Shown: piece after piece, positions 1-10,933 of the stretch
Layout of the letters: every line of letters begins with the position of its first letter
Numbering within the stretch: the first letter of the stretch is position 1
Source: an uncultured Actinomycetota bacterium
GTDB lineage: Bacteria > Actinomycetota > Actinomycetes > Streptosporangiales > Streptosporangiaceae
Length of the DNA stretch: 64,000 nucleotides
Direction of reading: 5' to 3'
NCBI GenBank assembly: GCA_963850115.1
Contig: CAWKKG010000033.1
Location: 139,204 to 203,203 of the forward strand
The notes under the pieces: model-generated
The model's database searches: none
Told to the model about the DNA's origin: nothing
What the model saw: the letters and a program-made list of their open reading frames with translations, nothing else
Translations under genes and position numbers: made by a program

Positions 1-1
1 C

Positions 2-859
2 GAGGGTGACGAGGCGCTGCTGCCCGCCCCGTACTGGACCACCTACCCCGAGGCGATCGCGCTCGCGGGCGGGAAGTCGGTGATCGTCCCGACCGACGAG
101 TCCACCGGGTACCTGGCCTCGGTCGAGCAGCTTGACGCCGCCTGCACCGAGCGCACCAAGCTGCTCGTGTTCGTCTCCCCGTCCAACCCGACCGGCGCCG
201 TCTACCCGCCGGAGCAGGTGAAGGCGATCGGCGAGTGGGCCGCCGCCAAGGGCATCTGGGTCGTGACCGACGAGATCTACGAGCACCTTGTCTACGGTGA
301 CGCGAAGTTCTCCTCGATCCCGGTGGAAGCCCCCGAGATCGCCGACCGCTGCGTCGTGCTCAACGGCGTGGCCAAGACCTACGCGATGACCGGCTGGCGG
401 GTCGGCTGGATGATCGGCCCCAAGGACGTCATCAAGGCGGCGACCAACCTGCAGTCCCACGCGACCTCGAACGTGGCGAACGTCTCCCAGGCGGCGGCGC
501 TCGCCGCGGTGTCCGGTGACCTGACGGCCGTGGCCGAGATGCGGGCGGCGTTCGACCGCCGGCGCAAGACGATCGTGCGGATGCTCAACGAGATCCCCGG
601 CGTCGACTGCCCGGAGCCGCTGGGCGCGTTCTACGCCTACCCGAGCGTCAAGGGCGTGCTCGGCAAGGAAATCGCGGGCAAGCGGCCCGCGACCTCGAGC
701 GAGCTGGCTGCCCTCATCCTCGAAGAGGCCGAGGTCGCGGTCGTGCCGGGCGAGGCGTTCGGCACCGACGGCTACTTCCGGCTGTCCTACGCCATGAGCG
801 ACGCCGACCTCGAAGAGGGCGTCGGCCGGATCGGCAAGCTTCTCTCCGAGGCTAAGTAA
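2..859 (+). CDS. aspC: PLP-dependent aspartate aminotransferase (class I/II), 5' end outside window
   Basis: Frame open from base 2 ([17 protein letters not shown]); [31 protein letters not shown]-lysine motif; conserved position next to add/murB. Confidence 0.9.
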   Translation, partial: EGDEALLPAPYWTTYPEAIALAGGKSVIVPTDESTGYLASVEQLDAACTERTKLLVFVSPSNPTGAVYPPEQVKAIGEWAAAKGIWVVTDEIYEHLVYGDAKFSSIPVEAPEIADRCVVLNGVAKTYAMTGWRVGWMIGPKDVIKAATNLQSHATSNVANVSQAAALAAVSGDLTAVAEMRAAFDRRRKTIVRMLNEIPGVDCPEPLGAFYAYPSVKGVLGKEIAGKRPATSSELAALILEEAEVAVVPGEAFGTDGYFRLSYAMSDADLEEGVGRIGKLLSEAK

Positions 860-871
860 GGCCAGACGGTC

Positions 872-907
872 GCGGGGGCGGCGGGGGTTGATCCCCGCCG
901 CCCCCGC
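872..907 (+). terminator. GC-rich hairpin terminator after aspC
   Basis: GCGGGGGCGGCGGGG-gttgat-CCCCGCCGCCCCCGC, 15-bp perfect stem just after the stop. Confidence 0.75.
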
Positions 908-1023
908 TTCTGTCGGCTTGGGACAGCTTCAATTCCCTTGCCTGAGGGGTTTGACGAAAGTGTTTGTTAGCTGGTCAGGAGGAAGTGGCAGCGGGGATGC
1001 ACGTGCATTGGGGATAATGGAGA

Positions 1024-2052
1024 ATGCCGCATGATCTGTCGGCCCTTCCCAAGGCGCATCTTCATCTGCATCTGACCGGTGCCATGCGCCACTCGACCAT
1101 GATCGAGCTTGCGCGTGTGCACGGAGTGTCGCTGCCGACCGCGCTGACCGAGGAGTGGCCTCCCCAGCTGTCCACCGCCGACGAGCGCGGGTGGTTCCGG
1201 TTTCAGCGTCTCTACGACACCGCCCGGTCGGTGCTCCGCACGCCGGACGACCTTTACCGGCTCGTGCGGGAGATCGCCGAGGACGAGCGGGCGGAGGGGT
1301 CGCGGTGGCTTGAGCTGCAGGCCGACCCTTCCGGGTTCGCGGCCAGGTACGGCGGGATCACCGCGTTCACCGAACTGCTGCTCGACGCGGCGGAAAAGGC
1401 GGCGCGGGCGGCGGACATCGGGATCGGGATCATCATCGCCGCCAACCGGACCAGGCACCCGATGGACGCGCGGACGCTCGCGCGGCTGGCCGCGCAGTAC
1501 GCGGGCCAGGGCGTCACCGGGTTCGGGCTTTCCAACGACGAGCGGCGCGGTCCGGCCGCGGACTTCGCGCCGGCCTTCAGGATCGCCGAGCGGGCCGGGC
1601 TGCTGCTCGCGCCGCACGCCGGCGAACTGGTCGGCCCGCCCAGCGTCACGGCGGCGCTTGACCTGCTGCACGCGAGCCGGCTCGGGCACGGCGTCCGGTC
1701 GGTGGAGGACCCGCGCCTCGTCGAGCGGCTCGCCGCCGGCGGCATCACCTGCGAGGTGTGCCCCTCCTCCAACGTGTCGCTCGGCGTCGCCCCGGACGAG
1801 GCCGCCGTCCCGGTCAGGACGCTCCTCGAGGCCGGGGTCCCGGTGGCGCTCGGGGCGGACGACCCGCTGCTCTTCGGCCGCCGCCTGGTGAAGCAGTACG
1901 AGATAGCCCGCGACGTGCACGGCTTCCCGCCGGCCGAGCTGGCCGAGCTGGCCCGCATGTCGGTCCGCGGCTCCGCCGCCCCGGCAGACACCCGAGCCCG
2001 CCTGCTTTCAGCGATCGACGCCTGGCTGACCGCCCCGGAACCAGCACGCTGA
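1024..2052 (+). CDS. add: Adenosine deaminase
   Basis: LPKAHLHLHLTG (HxH), PHAGE, RLGHGV, EVCPSSN, GADDP metal-binding motifs. Confidence 0.92.
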   Translation: MPHDLSALPKAHLHLHLTGAMRHSTMIELARVHGVSLPTALTEEWPPQLSTADERGWFRFQRLYDTARSVLRTPDDLYRLVREIAEDERAEGSRWLELQADPSGFAARYGGITAFTELLLDAAEKAARAADIGIGIIIAANRTRHPMDARTLARLAAQYAGQGVTGFGLSNDERRGPAADFAPAFRIAERAGLLLAPHAGELVGPPSVTAALDLLHASRLGHGVRSVEDPRLVERLAAGGITCEVCPSSNVSLGVAPDEAAVPVRTLLEAGVPVALGADDPLLFGRRLVKQYEIARDVHGFPPAELAELARMSVRGSAAPADTRARLLSAIDAWLTAPEPAR

Positions 2053-2065
2053 TCCGGTTACTGGC

Positions 2066-2260
2066 TATGTGACCCTCAAGGCCGGAAATTACTGTCCTTG
2101 AGGCACCCAGGACTAGAAAGCGGTCGTGGTCATGTGGCCCTCAAGCCCAGAATTTGCTGGGCTTGAGGCACTCATGGACGCTAGAAGTGGCCCTGCGGCA
2201 CACAAGGCCCCAATATTTTGGCCTTGGGGCACCCCGGGCTAGAAGCGATTGTGGCCTTGT
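2066..2260. repeat. Degenerate tandem repeat, about 64-bp period, 3 units, each with an internal palindrome
   Basis: CCTCAAGG..CCTTGAGG (2074-2103), CCTCAAGCCCAG..CTGGGCTTGAGG (2139-2168), CAAGGCC..GGCCTTG (2203-2226); each followed by CAC..CTAGAA. Confidence 0.7.
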
Positions 2261-2290
2261 GGACCCCGGGGACAGAACCCGCGAGCGGGC

Positions 2291-2413
2291 CGGCGCTCCG
2301 GGCCGATGCGTACGGCGTCGGGCGATGCGTACGGCGCTCGGGCGATGCGTAGCGGCGACTCGGGCGATGCGTACGGGCTCGGCGATGGATGAGCTCGGGG
2401 GATGCGTACGGGC
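2291..2413. repeat. About 20-bp tandem repeat, about 6 degenerate copies
   Basis: Unit near GGGCGATGCGTACGGCGCTC repeated between add and murB. Confidence 0.85.
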
Positions 2414-2443
2414 GGGCCGGCCTCCGGGACAGGGGCGACCTGG

Positions 2444-3588
2444 TTAGAGGGTGACGCCGACCAGGATGGGCTCTGGGGTCAGGGTGACGCCGTAGGCGGC
2501 GTGGACGCCCGCGACGATCTCGCGGGCCAGCGCGAGGAGATCGGCGGTCGTGGCCTCGCCCGCGTTGACGAGCGCGAGGGTGTGCTTGGACGAGACCCGG
2601 GCCGGGCCGGGGGCGCCGTAGCCCTTGGCGAAGCCGGAGTGCTCGATCAGCCAGGCGGCGGGAACCTTGACCAGGCCCGCGCCCGCCGGGTAGCGCGGCA
2701 CCTGGCCGGCGCCCCTGGCGGCCGCGGCGCTCTCGACGCGCGGCGAACTCCTCGGCGGTGATGACCGGGTTGGTGAAGAAGGAGCCGGCGCTGCGCGTGT
2801 CGGGGTCGCCGGGGTTGAGCACCATGCCCTTGCGGGAGCGGATCTTGATGACGGCGGCGCGGACCTCGCCGGCCGCCGCCTGCTCCCCCATCTCGACGCC
2901 CAGCTCGGCCGCCAGCTCCGCGTACTTCACCGGCGCCGACAGCGACTGCCGGCGCAGCCGGAACGTAACGTCAAGGACCACGTACCTGGGCTGGCCCGCG
3001 GCCGGTGACCGCGCGCCGCCCGGCAGCGAGATCAGGGCTTCCGGCCTGCCGCTCTTGAAGAGGCTGGTGCGGTAGGAGAATCGGCAGCCGTCGTTCGGGA
3101 TGATCCGGATTTGGTCGTTCCTGCCGGTCGTATACCCGCACCTCGGTGATGACCTCGGCCACCTCGCGGCCGTACGCGCCGACGTTCTGGATCGGGGTCG
3201 CGCCCGCGCGGCCCGGGATGCCGGACAGCGGCTCGAGGCCCGCGAGTCCCTCGCCGACGGTCGCCGCCACGACGTCGTCCCAGTCCGCGCCGGCCGCGAC
3301 GGTAACGTCCACGGCGCCGTCGCCGGCGTCGATGAAGGTGAGGCCCCTGGTGTTGACGTGAATGACCGTGCCGGGGAAACCCGCGTCGGCGATCACCAGG
3401 TTGGATCCGCCGCCGATGAGCAGGACCGGCTCGCCGGCCCGGTCGGCGGACCGCACCGCGCGGATCAGGCCAGGCTCGGTGTCGGCCGATACGAAGCTGC
3501 GCGCCGGGCCGCCAACGCCAAGCGTCGTGTAATCGGCGAGCAGCGTTCGCGATGACGAGGGGGGCTGCCCCAGGAAAGCTCGATTCAC
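2444..3588 (-). CDS. murB: UDP-N-acetylmuramate dehydrogenase (frameshifted in this sequence)
   Basis: Three ORF pieces: [48 protein letters not shown]; start approximate. Confidence 0.9.
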
Positions 3589-4010
3589 GGGAGACGGACG
3601 GTGGCGCGGGCGCGGGTCAGCACCTTCGCACCGCCGGCCCTGGCCACGACGTCGACGGTGACCTTGTTGTCCGGCAGCTTCTCCAGGATCTTGCCGCTGA
3701 GTTCGATCGTCGCGCCTTCGTCATCGTCGGGTACGGGCACCATGGCGGAGAAGCGCACGCCGAAATCGGTGACCGCACCGGGGTCGCCGCCGGCCCACTC
3801 GGTGACGAACTTGCCGGCCTGGGCCATCGTGTACATGCCGTGCGCGATCACGTTCGGCAGGCCGACCGAGCGCGCGACGCGCTCGTTCCAGTGGATGATG
3901 TTGAAGTCGCCGGAGGCGCCGGCGTACTTGACCAGGTCCAGGCGGGTGACCCGGTAGGCCCGCGGCGGGAGTTCGGTGCCCTTGTCAACGCCGTCGTACG
4001 TGACGCTCAT
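3585..4010 (-). CDS. MaoC family dehydratase (HadB-like)
   Basis: YAGASGDFNIIHW..VIAHGM hydratase motif; internal Met at 4010 in the fused ORF 3585..4457. Confidence 0.85.
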   Translation of the reverse strand: MSVTYDGVDKGTELPPRAYRVTRLDLVKYAGASGDFNIIHWNERVARSVGLPNVIAHGMYTMAQAGKFVTEWAGGDPGAVTDFGVRFSAMVPVPDDDEGATIELSGKILEKLPDNKVTVDVVARAGGAKVLTRARATVRLP

Positions 4011-4457
4011 GCGTTCCGCCCCTCGCTCGACGAGGTTGGACTTCGCGGTGCAGACGTGCTCGCCGTCCACCGTGTCGATGCTCGTGGACGTCACCATCAT
4101 CGACAGCGCGCCGACCGACTTGATCGACTCGATCGTCGTGGTCGCGACCACGACGTCGCCCGCGTGCAGCGGGCGGGTGTAGCTGAAGCTCTGCTCGCCG
4201 TGCACGACCATCGAGTAGTCCAGCCCGAGGCCGGGGTCGGTCACGGCCGCCTTGGTCGACCGCTGCTCGATGATCACCGCGAACGTCGGCGGCGCGATCA
4301 CGTCCGGATAACCGGCCTTGACGGCGGCATCGCTGTTCCGGCACAGCTCGCTCGGCTCGCCGATCGCGTCGGCGAAGTCGGCGATCTTGACCCGGCTCAC
4401 CTCGTAGGGCTCGCCGGGTCCGTAGACCCGGCCGACGTACTCGGGGTTCGGCGCCAT
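4007..4457 (-). CDS. MaoC family dehydratase N-terminal-like protein (HadA-like)
   Basis: YEVSRVKIADFA, APPTF, VVHGEQSF motifs; reads in frame into the next gene here, probably because of an indel at an ATGA overlap. Confidence 0.8.
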
Positions 4458-4479
4458 GCTGATGACCCCGCCAGCAGGA

Positions 4480-4644
4480 CTAGCGGGTCTCGCGGTGGTC
4501 GGTGTGCCGACGGCAGTTCGGGCAGAACTTCTTCAGCTCCAGCCGGTCCGGGTCGTTGCGCCGGTTCTTCTTGGTGATGTAGTTGCGGTGCTTGCACTCC
4601 TGGCAAGCCAGCGTGATCTTCGGCCGGACATCGGTGGCAGCCAC
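4480..4644 (-). CDS. rpmG: 50S ribosomal protein L33 (zinc-binding, four-Cys form)
   Basis: Manual translation from GTG: [54 protein letters not shown]; absent from the ORF track (54 aa). Confidence 0.97.
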   Translation of the reverse strand: MAATDVRPKITLACQECKHRNYITKKNRRNDPDRLELKKFCPNCRRHTDHRETR

Positions 4645-4699
4645 GATGGAGTGCCTTTCTAAGCGAGGGACTGGTCGTACTAGGATCGACCTGACTGGG

Positions 4700-4772
4700 T
4701 AGCGGAGACCGGACTTGAACCGGTGACACAGCGATTATGAGCCGCTTGCTCTGCCGACTGAGCTACTCCGCC
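4700..4772 (-). tRNA. tRNA-Met(CAT), elongator type; CCA not encoded
   Basis: GGCGGAGTAGCTCAGTCGGCAGAGCAAGCGGCTCATAATCGCTGTGTCACCGGTTCAAGTCCGGTCTCCGCTA folds to a cloverleaf; conserved position upstream of rpmG. Confidence 0.93.
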
Positions 4773-4838
4773 ATGGCGTCACTATGAGTGACTAGGTAAG
4801 GGTACCCGATCTCGGGCCTGCGTTGCGTCGTCTGCCCG

Positions 4839-4932
4839 TTGTCCACAGGCAGGTTGGTTAACCACAACGGAATCCCCAGCATTCCGCGCCGCGTCCACAC
4901 GCCAGCAACAGGTTGCGCACAGCTTATCCACA
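4839..4932 (+). promoter_or_regulatory. Cluster of DnaA-box-like 9-mers
   Basis: TTGTCCACA 4839-4847, TTAACCACA 4858-4866, TTATCCACA 4924-4932, plus 2-mismatch copies at 4891 and 4913. Confidence 0.55.
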
Positions 4933-4939
4933 GGCCGGG

Positions 4940-4955
4940 TCAACCGATCGGTGGA
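4940..4955. promoter_or_regulatory. Palindromic operator upstream of the ABC/two-component operon
   Basis: TCAACCGATCGGTGGA, near-perfect 16-bp palindrome about 80 bp before the ATPase; assignment to the NarL-type regulator is inference. Confidence 0.5.
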
Positions 4956-5036
4956 TACGCGAATCAGCCGGACCAGGCTAGATCCCGTACTTGCTACCGA
5001 TTCGCCGGAAGCTAGGGCTCGACCATGCTTGGCAGC

Positions 5037-5780
5037 ATGACGGGAGTAGCAGTGGAGGCACAGGCGGCCCAGGCCGTCAACCTGTGCAAGACCTACGGGG
5101 CGGGGCACGCGACCGTGCGTGCGCTCGACAATGTCAGCGTGGCCTTCGAGCACGGCCGGTTCACGGCCGTCATGGGCCCCTCTGGCTCGGGGAAATCGAC
5201 GCTCATGCACTGCATGGCGGGCCTTGACCGGCCGACTTCCGGGACCGTCTACGTGGGCGGGCAGGACATCGGGAAACTTGACGACGCCGGGCTGACCAAG
5301 CTGCGGCGGGACCGCATCGGCTTCGTGTTCCAGTACTTCAACCTCGTGCCGACGCTGACGGCGGGCGAGAACATCACCCTGCCGGTGGCGCTCGCGGGCC
5401 GCAAGCCCGACCAGGACTGGGTCGACTACCTCGCCAAGCAGCTGGGCATCGCCGACCGGCTTTCGCACCGGCCGAGCGAGCTGTCCGGCGGCCAGCAGCA
5501 GCGGGTCGCGTGCGCCAGGGCGCTGGTCAACAAGCCGGACCTCGTCTTCGCGGACGAGCCGACGGGCAACCTGGACTCCACCGCCGCCGCGGAACTGCTG
5601 GCCTTCCTCCGGCGGTCGGTGCGGGAACTTGGCCAGTCGGTCGTCATGGTGACCCACGACCCGCACAGCGCCGCGTACGCCGACCGGGTCGTCTTCCTCG
5701 CCGACGGGGCCGTGGTGAGCGAGCTGTGGCAGCCGACCGCCGACTCGGTGCTCGAGCGGATACGGACGCTGGGGGCATGA
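5037..5780 (+). CDS. ABC transporter ATP-binding protein (LolD/MacB type)
   Basis: GPSGSGKST, LSGGQQQRV, FADEPTGNLD, VTHD. Confidence 0.92.
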   Translation: MTGVAVEAQAAQAVNLCKTYGAGHATVRALDNVSVAFEHGRFTAVMGPSGSGKSTLMHCMAGLDRPTSGTVYVGGQDIGKLDDAGLTKLRRDRIGFVFQYFNLVPTLTAGENITLPVALAGRKPDQDWVDYLAKQLGIADRLSHRPSELSGGQQQRVACARALVNKPDLVFADEPTGNLDSTAAAELLAFLRRSVRELGQSVVMVTHDPHSAAYADRVVFLADGAVVSELWQPTADSVLERIRTLGA

Positions 5781-5781
5781 C

Positions 5782-8308
5782 ATGCGCCAGGTGACCCTCA
5801 GGGGACTGCTTGCCCACAAGATGCGGCTGGCGCTGACCGCGCTCGCCATCGTGCTCGGCGTCACGTTCATCTCCGGGACGTTCGTGCTCACCGACACGCT
5901 CAACAACACCTTCTCCTCGCTGTTCACCAGCGTCTACAGCAAGATCGACTTCCAGGTCCGCGGCGTGGCGCAGTTCGGCAACGGCGCGGGGGCGACTAGG
6001 AACCTGCTGCCCCAGTCCCTCCTGCCGCGCGTGGCAGCGGTCCCCGGCGTCGCCGCCGCGGCCGGGAACGTTGAGGGCTACGCCCAGTTCATCGCGCACG
6101 ACGGCAAGCCGATCACCTCGACCATCGGGATGCTTGGGATCGGCTGGGACACCAACCCGCAGATCTCCAACTTGCACCTCATCGCGGGCAACCCGCCCAC
6201 CAGCGGCGACGACGTGGTGATGGACGCCGCGACGGCGAAGAGCTACGACTTCAGCGTCGGCCAGCGGGTGGCGAATCCTGGGCAGCGGGCTGAAGTCGGC
6301 GCAGACGTTCACGATCACGGGGATCGCCCAGTTCGGCACCGCCGACAACCTCGCGGGGCAGACCCTGGCGGCGTTCACGCTGCCGACCGCGCAGCGCGTG
6401 GTCGGGGAGACCGGGCTGTTCGACTTCATCAGCGTGATCGCCAAGCCGGGGGCCGACAAGGCCGCGGTGCAGCGGTCGATCGCCCGGGCCCTGCCGTCCG
6501 ACGCGGAGGTCGTCACCGGGCAGACGATTATCAACGAGGACCAGAGCACGGTGAGCCAGGCGCTGTCCTTCTTCAACACGGCGCTGCTTGTCTTCGCGCT
6601 GATCTCGCTGTTCGTCGGCGCGTTCACCATCTACAACACGTTCTCGATCATCGTCGGCCAGCGGACCAGGGAACTGGCCCTGCTCCGGGTCGTCGGCGCC
6701 AGCCGGGGACAGGTGCTGCGCTCGGTGCTGACCGAGGCGGCGATCGTCGGGTTCGTCTCGTCCGCCATCGGGGTCGGGCTCGGCGTGGCCGCCGCGATCG
6801 GCCTCGAAGCCCTGCTGAACGGGTTCGGTACCTCGCTGCCGACCGGACCGCTGACGTTCGAGCCGCGCACCGCGATCGTCGGGCTCGCCGTCGGCACGCT
6901 GGTGACGATGGTCTCGGCGATCGGGCCGGCCAGGAACGCCGTGCGGATTCCGCCGGTGGCGGCGCTTACTGACCGTCCGGCCGACGGTGCCGGCGCCCAC
7001 CCGACCAGGCGGCGGCTCGTCTCCGGGTCGGTGGTCACCGTCCTGGGGGTGGCCCTGCTCGGCATCGGGCTGTCGAAGCCCGTCGTCGCGCTCGTGGGGG
7101 TTGGCGCGCTGTGCGTTTTCGTCGGCGTCGCCATGCTCGCCCCGGCGATCGCGCGGCCGCTGTCCTGCCGTGCTCGGGCGGCCGCTCGCCGCGCTGCTCG
7201 GCACGCCCGGGGAACTCGGGCGGGAGAACTCCATGCGCAGCCCGCGCCGCACCGCGCAGACCGCCTCGGCGCTCATGGTCGGGCTGGCCCTGGTCTCCGC
7301 CATGGCGGTGTTCGGCGCATCGCTCTCCGAGTCCGCGACCAGCAGCATGGACCAGGCGATCAGCGCCGACCTGCTGGTCTCGGCCAATGGCAGCGGGCAG
7401 CTCAGCGACTCCGTGCCCGCCACGGCCGCGGCCGTGCCCGGAGTCACCGCGACCAACACCATCTACCGGAACCAGTTCGAGTTCGAGTCCGACGCTCACG
7501 ACCGTCACCGGGGTGACCCCGCAGAACCTGGCCGCCACGGTGATCGTGCGGATGACGGCCGGCTCCACCGCCGCCCTGGCCCAGGGCGAACTGCTGATCG
7601 ACTCCACGACCGCGACGAAGGACCACCTGGCGGTCGGGGACACGGTGCCGATCCGGTTCGCGGAAACGGGGCCGACCACGATCAGGATCGGCGGGATCTA
7701 CCAGTCCAACGCGCTGATCCAGAGCTACCTGGTCAGCTCCGCGTACTTCCTCGCCCACTTCCGGGCGCCCCATCCGGGCGCGGTCCTGGTGCGCACCAAC
7801 GGGAACTCCAGGCGCCGAGACGGCCGTCGCGAACGCACTGGCGCCCTACGGGAACGTGCAGGTGCAGACCAGGGCGCAGTTCGAGCAGGCGCAGGTATCG
7901 GCCGTCAATAAGCTCCTCGGCCTGGTCTACGCCCTGCTGGCGCTGGCGGTGCTGATCGCGCTCATCGGGATCGTGAACACGCTCATGCTGTCGGTGCTCG
8001 AGCGGACCCGGGAGATCGGCCTGCTGCGGGCGGTCGGGATGCGACGGCCCCAGGTCCGGTCGATGATCCGGTCCGAGGCCGTCATCCTGGCGACGTTCGG
8101 CGCGCTCATCGGGATCGTCATCGGGACGCTGATGGGGCTGGCGCTCGTCTCCTCGTTGCGGCAGCAGAACATCAACGAGACATCCGTTCCCTGGGTGCGG
8201 CTAGTGGAGTTCCTTGTCTTGGCGGCGATCCTCGGGCTCGTGGCCGCGAGCTGGCCCGCCCGGCGCGCGGCCCGGCTCGACGTCCTTGCCGCCATCGCGG
8301 CTGAGTGA
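5782..8308 (+). CDS. FtsX/MacB-like ABC permease (several frameshifts)
   Basis: RLALTALAIVLGV, NTFSIIVGQRTRELALLR, NTLMLSVLERTREIGLLRAVG spread over consecutive frames. Confidence 0.88.
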
Positions 8309-8392
8309 GCCGACAATGGAACCACGGAACCGTTCGGGCTAGTGGTTTTGGGTTATGTGCGGCGGAGTCGCGTTCGAGGAAGGTGGTACCGG

Positions 8393-9660
8393 ATGAGTGA
8401 TCTCAACCGGGCCAGGCTGGGTAGCTGGCGGCCAAAGCAGCTCAACGCGACGACCGCCGGCTTCCCCTACGTGCTGCTCGTGGTCCTTACCGTGACGAGT
8501 TTCAAGGTTGGCACGGTCGGCCTCGCTACTCATTACGTGACCGCTCTGCTGTCCGCCGTCGCCGCTTTGTGGCTGCTGTTCATGCACACCTTGCCGCCGG
8601 CCAGGCGGCGGCCAGGCGCTCCTCCCCGTGTTCGTCGCCGGGCTGATAGCGATCACGGCGGTCCTCGTCGTGCGGTCCTCGTGGTTCGGGTTCTTCACGA
8701 TGGTCTCCGGCAGCTACACGCTCCGCCTGCCGCGCTTGCGGATGCAGCTGGCCAGCGGGGCCGCTATCGCGCTGATCGGGGCGATCTCGCAGACGGAAGA
8801 CTCGCAGGCCCCGCTGCCGATGCACCTCACGCTGTTCGGCGCCGCCCTCGCCATCGACCTGCTGCTCGTCTGGAGCATCGTGTGGCTGTTGCGTGAGCGC
8901 GAGCAGCAGGTCGACGCGCCATCGCGAGTCACTCGCCGAGCTCAGCGAGGTGAACCGGCGGCTGGAGGCGACGATCGCGGAGAACGAGGGCCTGCACCGG
9001 CAACTGCTCGTGCAGGCGCGGGAGGCCGGGGTCGTCGACGAGCGGCGGCGGATGGCCCGAGAGATCCACGACACCCTCGCGCAGGGGCTCACCGGGATCG
9101 TGACTCAGCTGCAGGCGGCCGAGCAGGCCGCTTCGCGGACCGCCGGTGAGCCGGCCGGCTGGCGGCGGCACGTCGCGGCGGCGACTCAGCTGGCCCGGGA
9201 GAGCCTCACCGAGGCGCGCCGTTCGGTCGAAGCGCTGCGGCCCGAGCAGCTCGACGGCTGCAGGCTGAGCGAGGCGCTGGCCGGGGTCGCCGAGCGCTGG
9301 TCTTCCTTGAATCGGATCCCGGCGCAGGTCACCACCACCGGGACGGCGCGGCCGGTCGATCCTGAGGCCGAATTCGCGCTGTTGCGGGCGGCGCAGGAGG
9401 CGCTCGCGAACGTGGCCAGGCACGCGCACGCGACGCGGGTCGGGCTGACCATTTCTTATATGGAGAACGAGGTCGCGTTGGACGTGCGGGACGACGGGGT
9501 CGGCTTTGACCCGGCGCTGACAGAAGGCGGGTTCGGCCTGGTCGCGATGCGGCAGCGGATCACGGCGCTGTCCGGCACGCTGCAGGTCGAGTCCGAGCCC
9601 GGCGGCGGCACGGCCATTTCCGCCTGCGTGCCGACCGTGCCGGGCCTGGTCCGCACGTGA
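8393..9660 (+). CDS. Sensor histidine kinase, HisKA_3 type (frameshifted)
   Basis: ERRRMAREIHDTLAQG, QEALANVARHA, DDGVGF, GFGLVAMR; TM-rich N-terminus in other frames. Confidence 0.88.
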
Positions 9661-10395
9661 GCGGGTCGGGCGAGCCGCCGATCAGGCTGCTGATCGCGGA
9701 CGATCATCCGGTGGTGCGCGACGGGCTCAGCGGCATGTTCGCCGCCGACCCGGATTTCACCGTGGTCGGCGAGGCGGGCGACGGCTCGCAGGCGCTGCGG
9801 CTCGCCGACGCCGCGCGGCCCGACGTGATCCTGATGGACCTGCGCATGCCGGGCATGGACGGCGTGACCGCGATCGCCGAGCTGGCCAGGCGCGGCAACC
9901 CGGCGCGCGTGCTGGTCCTCACCACCTACGACACCGACAGCTACGTGCTGCCCGCGATCGAGGCCGGCGCGACCGGCTACCTGCTCAAGGACGCGCCGCG
10001 GGACGAGTTGCTGCGCGCCGTCCGGGCGGCCGCCGCCGGCCAGTCGGTGCTGGCCCCGTCGGTGGCGACCCGGCTGATGAACCGGGTCCGGTCGCCGGAG
10101 CCCGAGGTGCTCAGCCAGCGCGAACTCGAGGTGCTCGACGCTGGTCGCGGCCGGATCGACCAACCGGGAGGCGGCGGCGCGGCTGTTCATCAGCGAGGCC
10201 ACGGTGAAGACCCACCTGCTGCACATCTACGCCAAGCTTGGCGTCACCGACCGCGCCGCCGCCGTCGCCGAGGCGTTTAACCGGGGGCTGCTCGGCGCTT
10301 CTAGGGAAGCTTTACCGGCGGCTGGGTCTTGGCGCGGACCTCTTCCTCGTCGACTCCCGGCGCGAGTTCGACCAGGACGAGCCCGTCCGGGGTGA
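9657..10395 (+). CDS. NarL/LuxR family response regulator (frameshift near 10140; true end may be near 10304)
   Basis: [22 protein letters not shown]; HTH part [18 protein letters not shown] in the next frame. Confidence 0.85.
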
Positions 10396-10933
10396 CGTCG
10401 AGGACGCACAGGTCGGTGATGATCCGCTGGACCACGCCCTTGCCGGTGTAGGGCAGGGAGCACTCGTCGACGATCTTGAAGCTGCCGTCCTTGGCGACGT
10501 GCTCCATCAGCACGATGACCTTCTTCGCGCCGTGGACCAGGTCCATGGCGCCGCCCATGCCCTTGACCATCTTGCCGGGGATCATCCAGTTCGCGATGTC
10601 GCCGTCCTTGCTCACTTGCATCGCGCCGAGGATGGCGGCGTCGATCTTCCCGCCGCGGATCATGCCGAAGCTGGTGGCCGAGTCGAAGAAGGAGGCGCCG
10701 CGGCGGATCGTGACCGTCTCCTTGCCCGCGTTGATCAGGTCCGGGTCGACCTGGTCCTCCGTCGGGTAGGCGCCCACGCCGAGGATGCCGTTCTCCGACT
10801 GCAGCACCAGCTCAACGTCGTCGGCCACGTAGTTGGGCACCAGCGTCGGCAGCCCGATCCCGAGGTTGACGTAGTCGCCGTCGGACAGTTCGGCCGCGGC
10901 CCTGGCCGCCATCTGCTCGCGTGTCCAGCTCAT
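10301..10933 (-). CDS. scoB: 3-oxoacid CoA-transferase subunit B
   Basis: [23 protein letters not shown]. Confidence 0.88.
   Translation of the reverse strand: MSWTREQMAARAAAELSDGDYVNLGIGLPTLVPNYVADDVELVLQSENGILGVGAYPTEDQVDPDLINAGKETVTIRRGASFFDSATSFGMIRGGKIDAAILGAMQVSKDGDIANWMIPGKMVKGMGGAMDLVHGAKKVIVLMEHVAKDGSFKIVDECSLPYTGKGVVQRIITDLCVLDVTPDGLVLVELAPGVDEEEVRAKTQPPVKLP

Noticed and set aside
2066-2260. CRISPR array (palindromic units with CRISPR-like period)
   Set aside because: The units are too divergent, the linkers resemble each other, there are only three units, and no cas genes are present
4839-4932. Chromosomal origin oriC
   Set aside because: No dnaA/dnaN/rpmH context, few boxes and no AT-rich unwinding element
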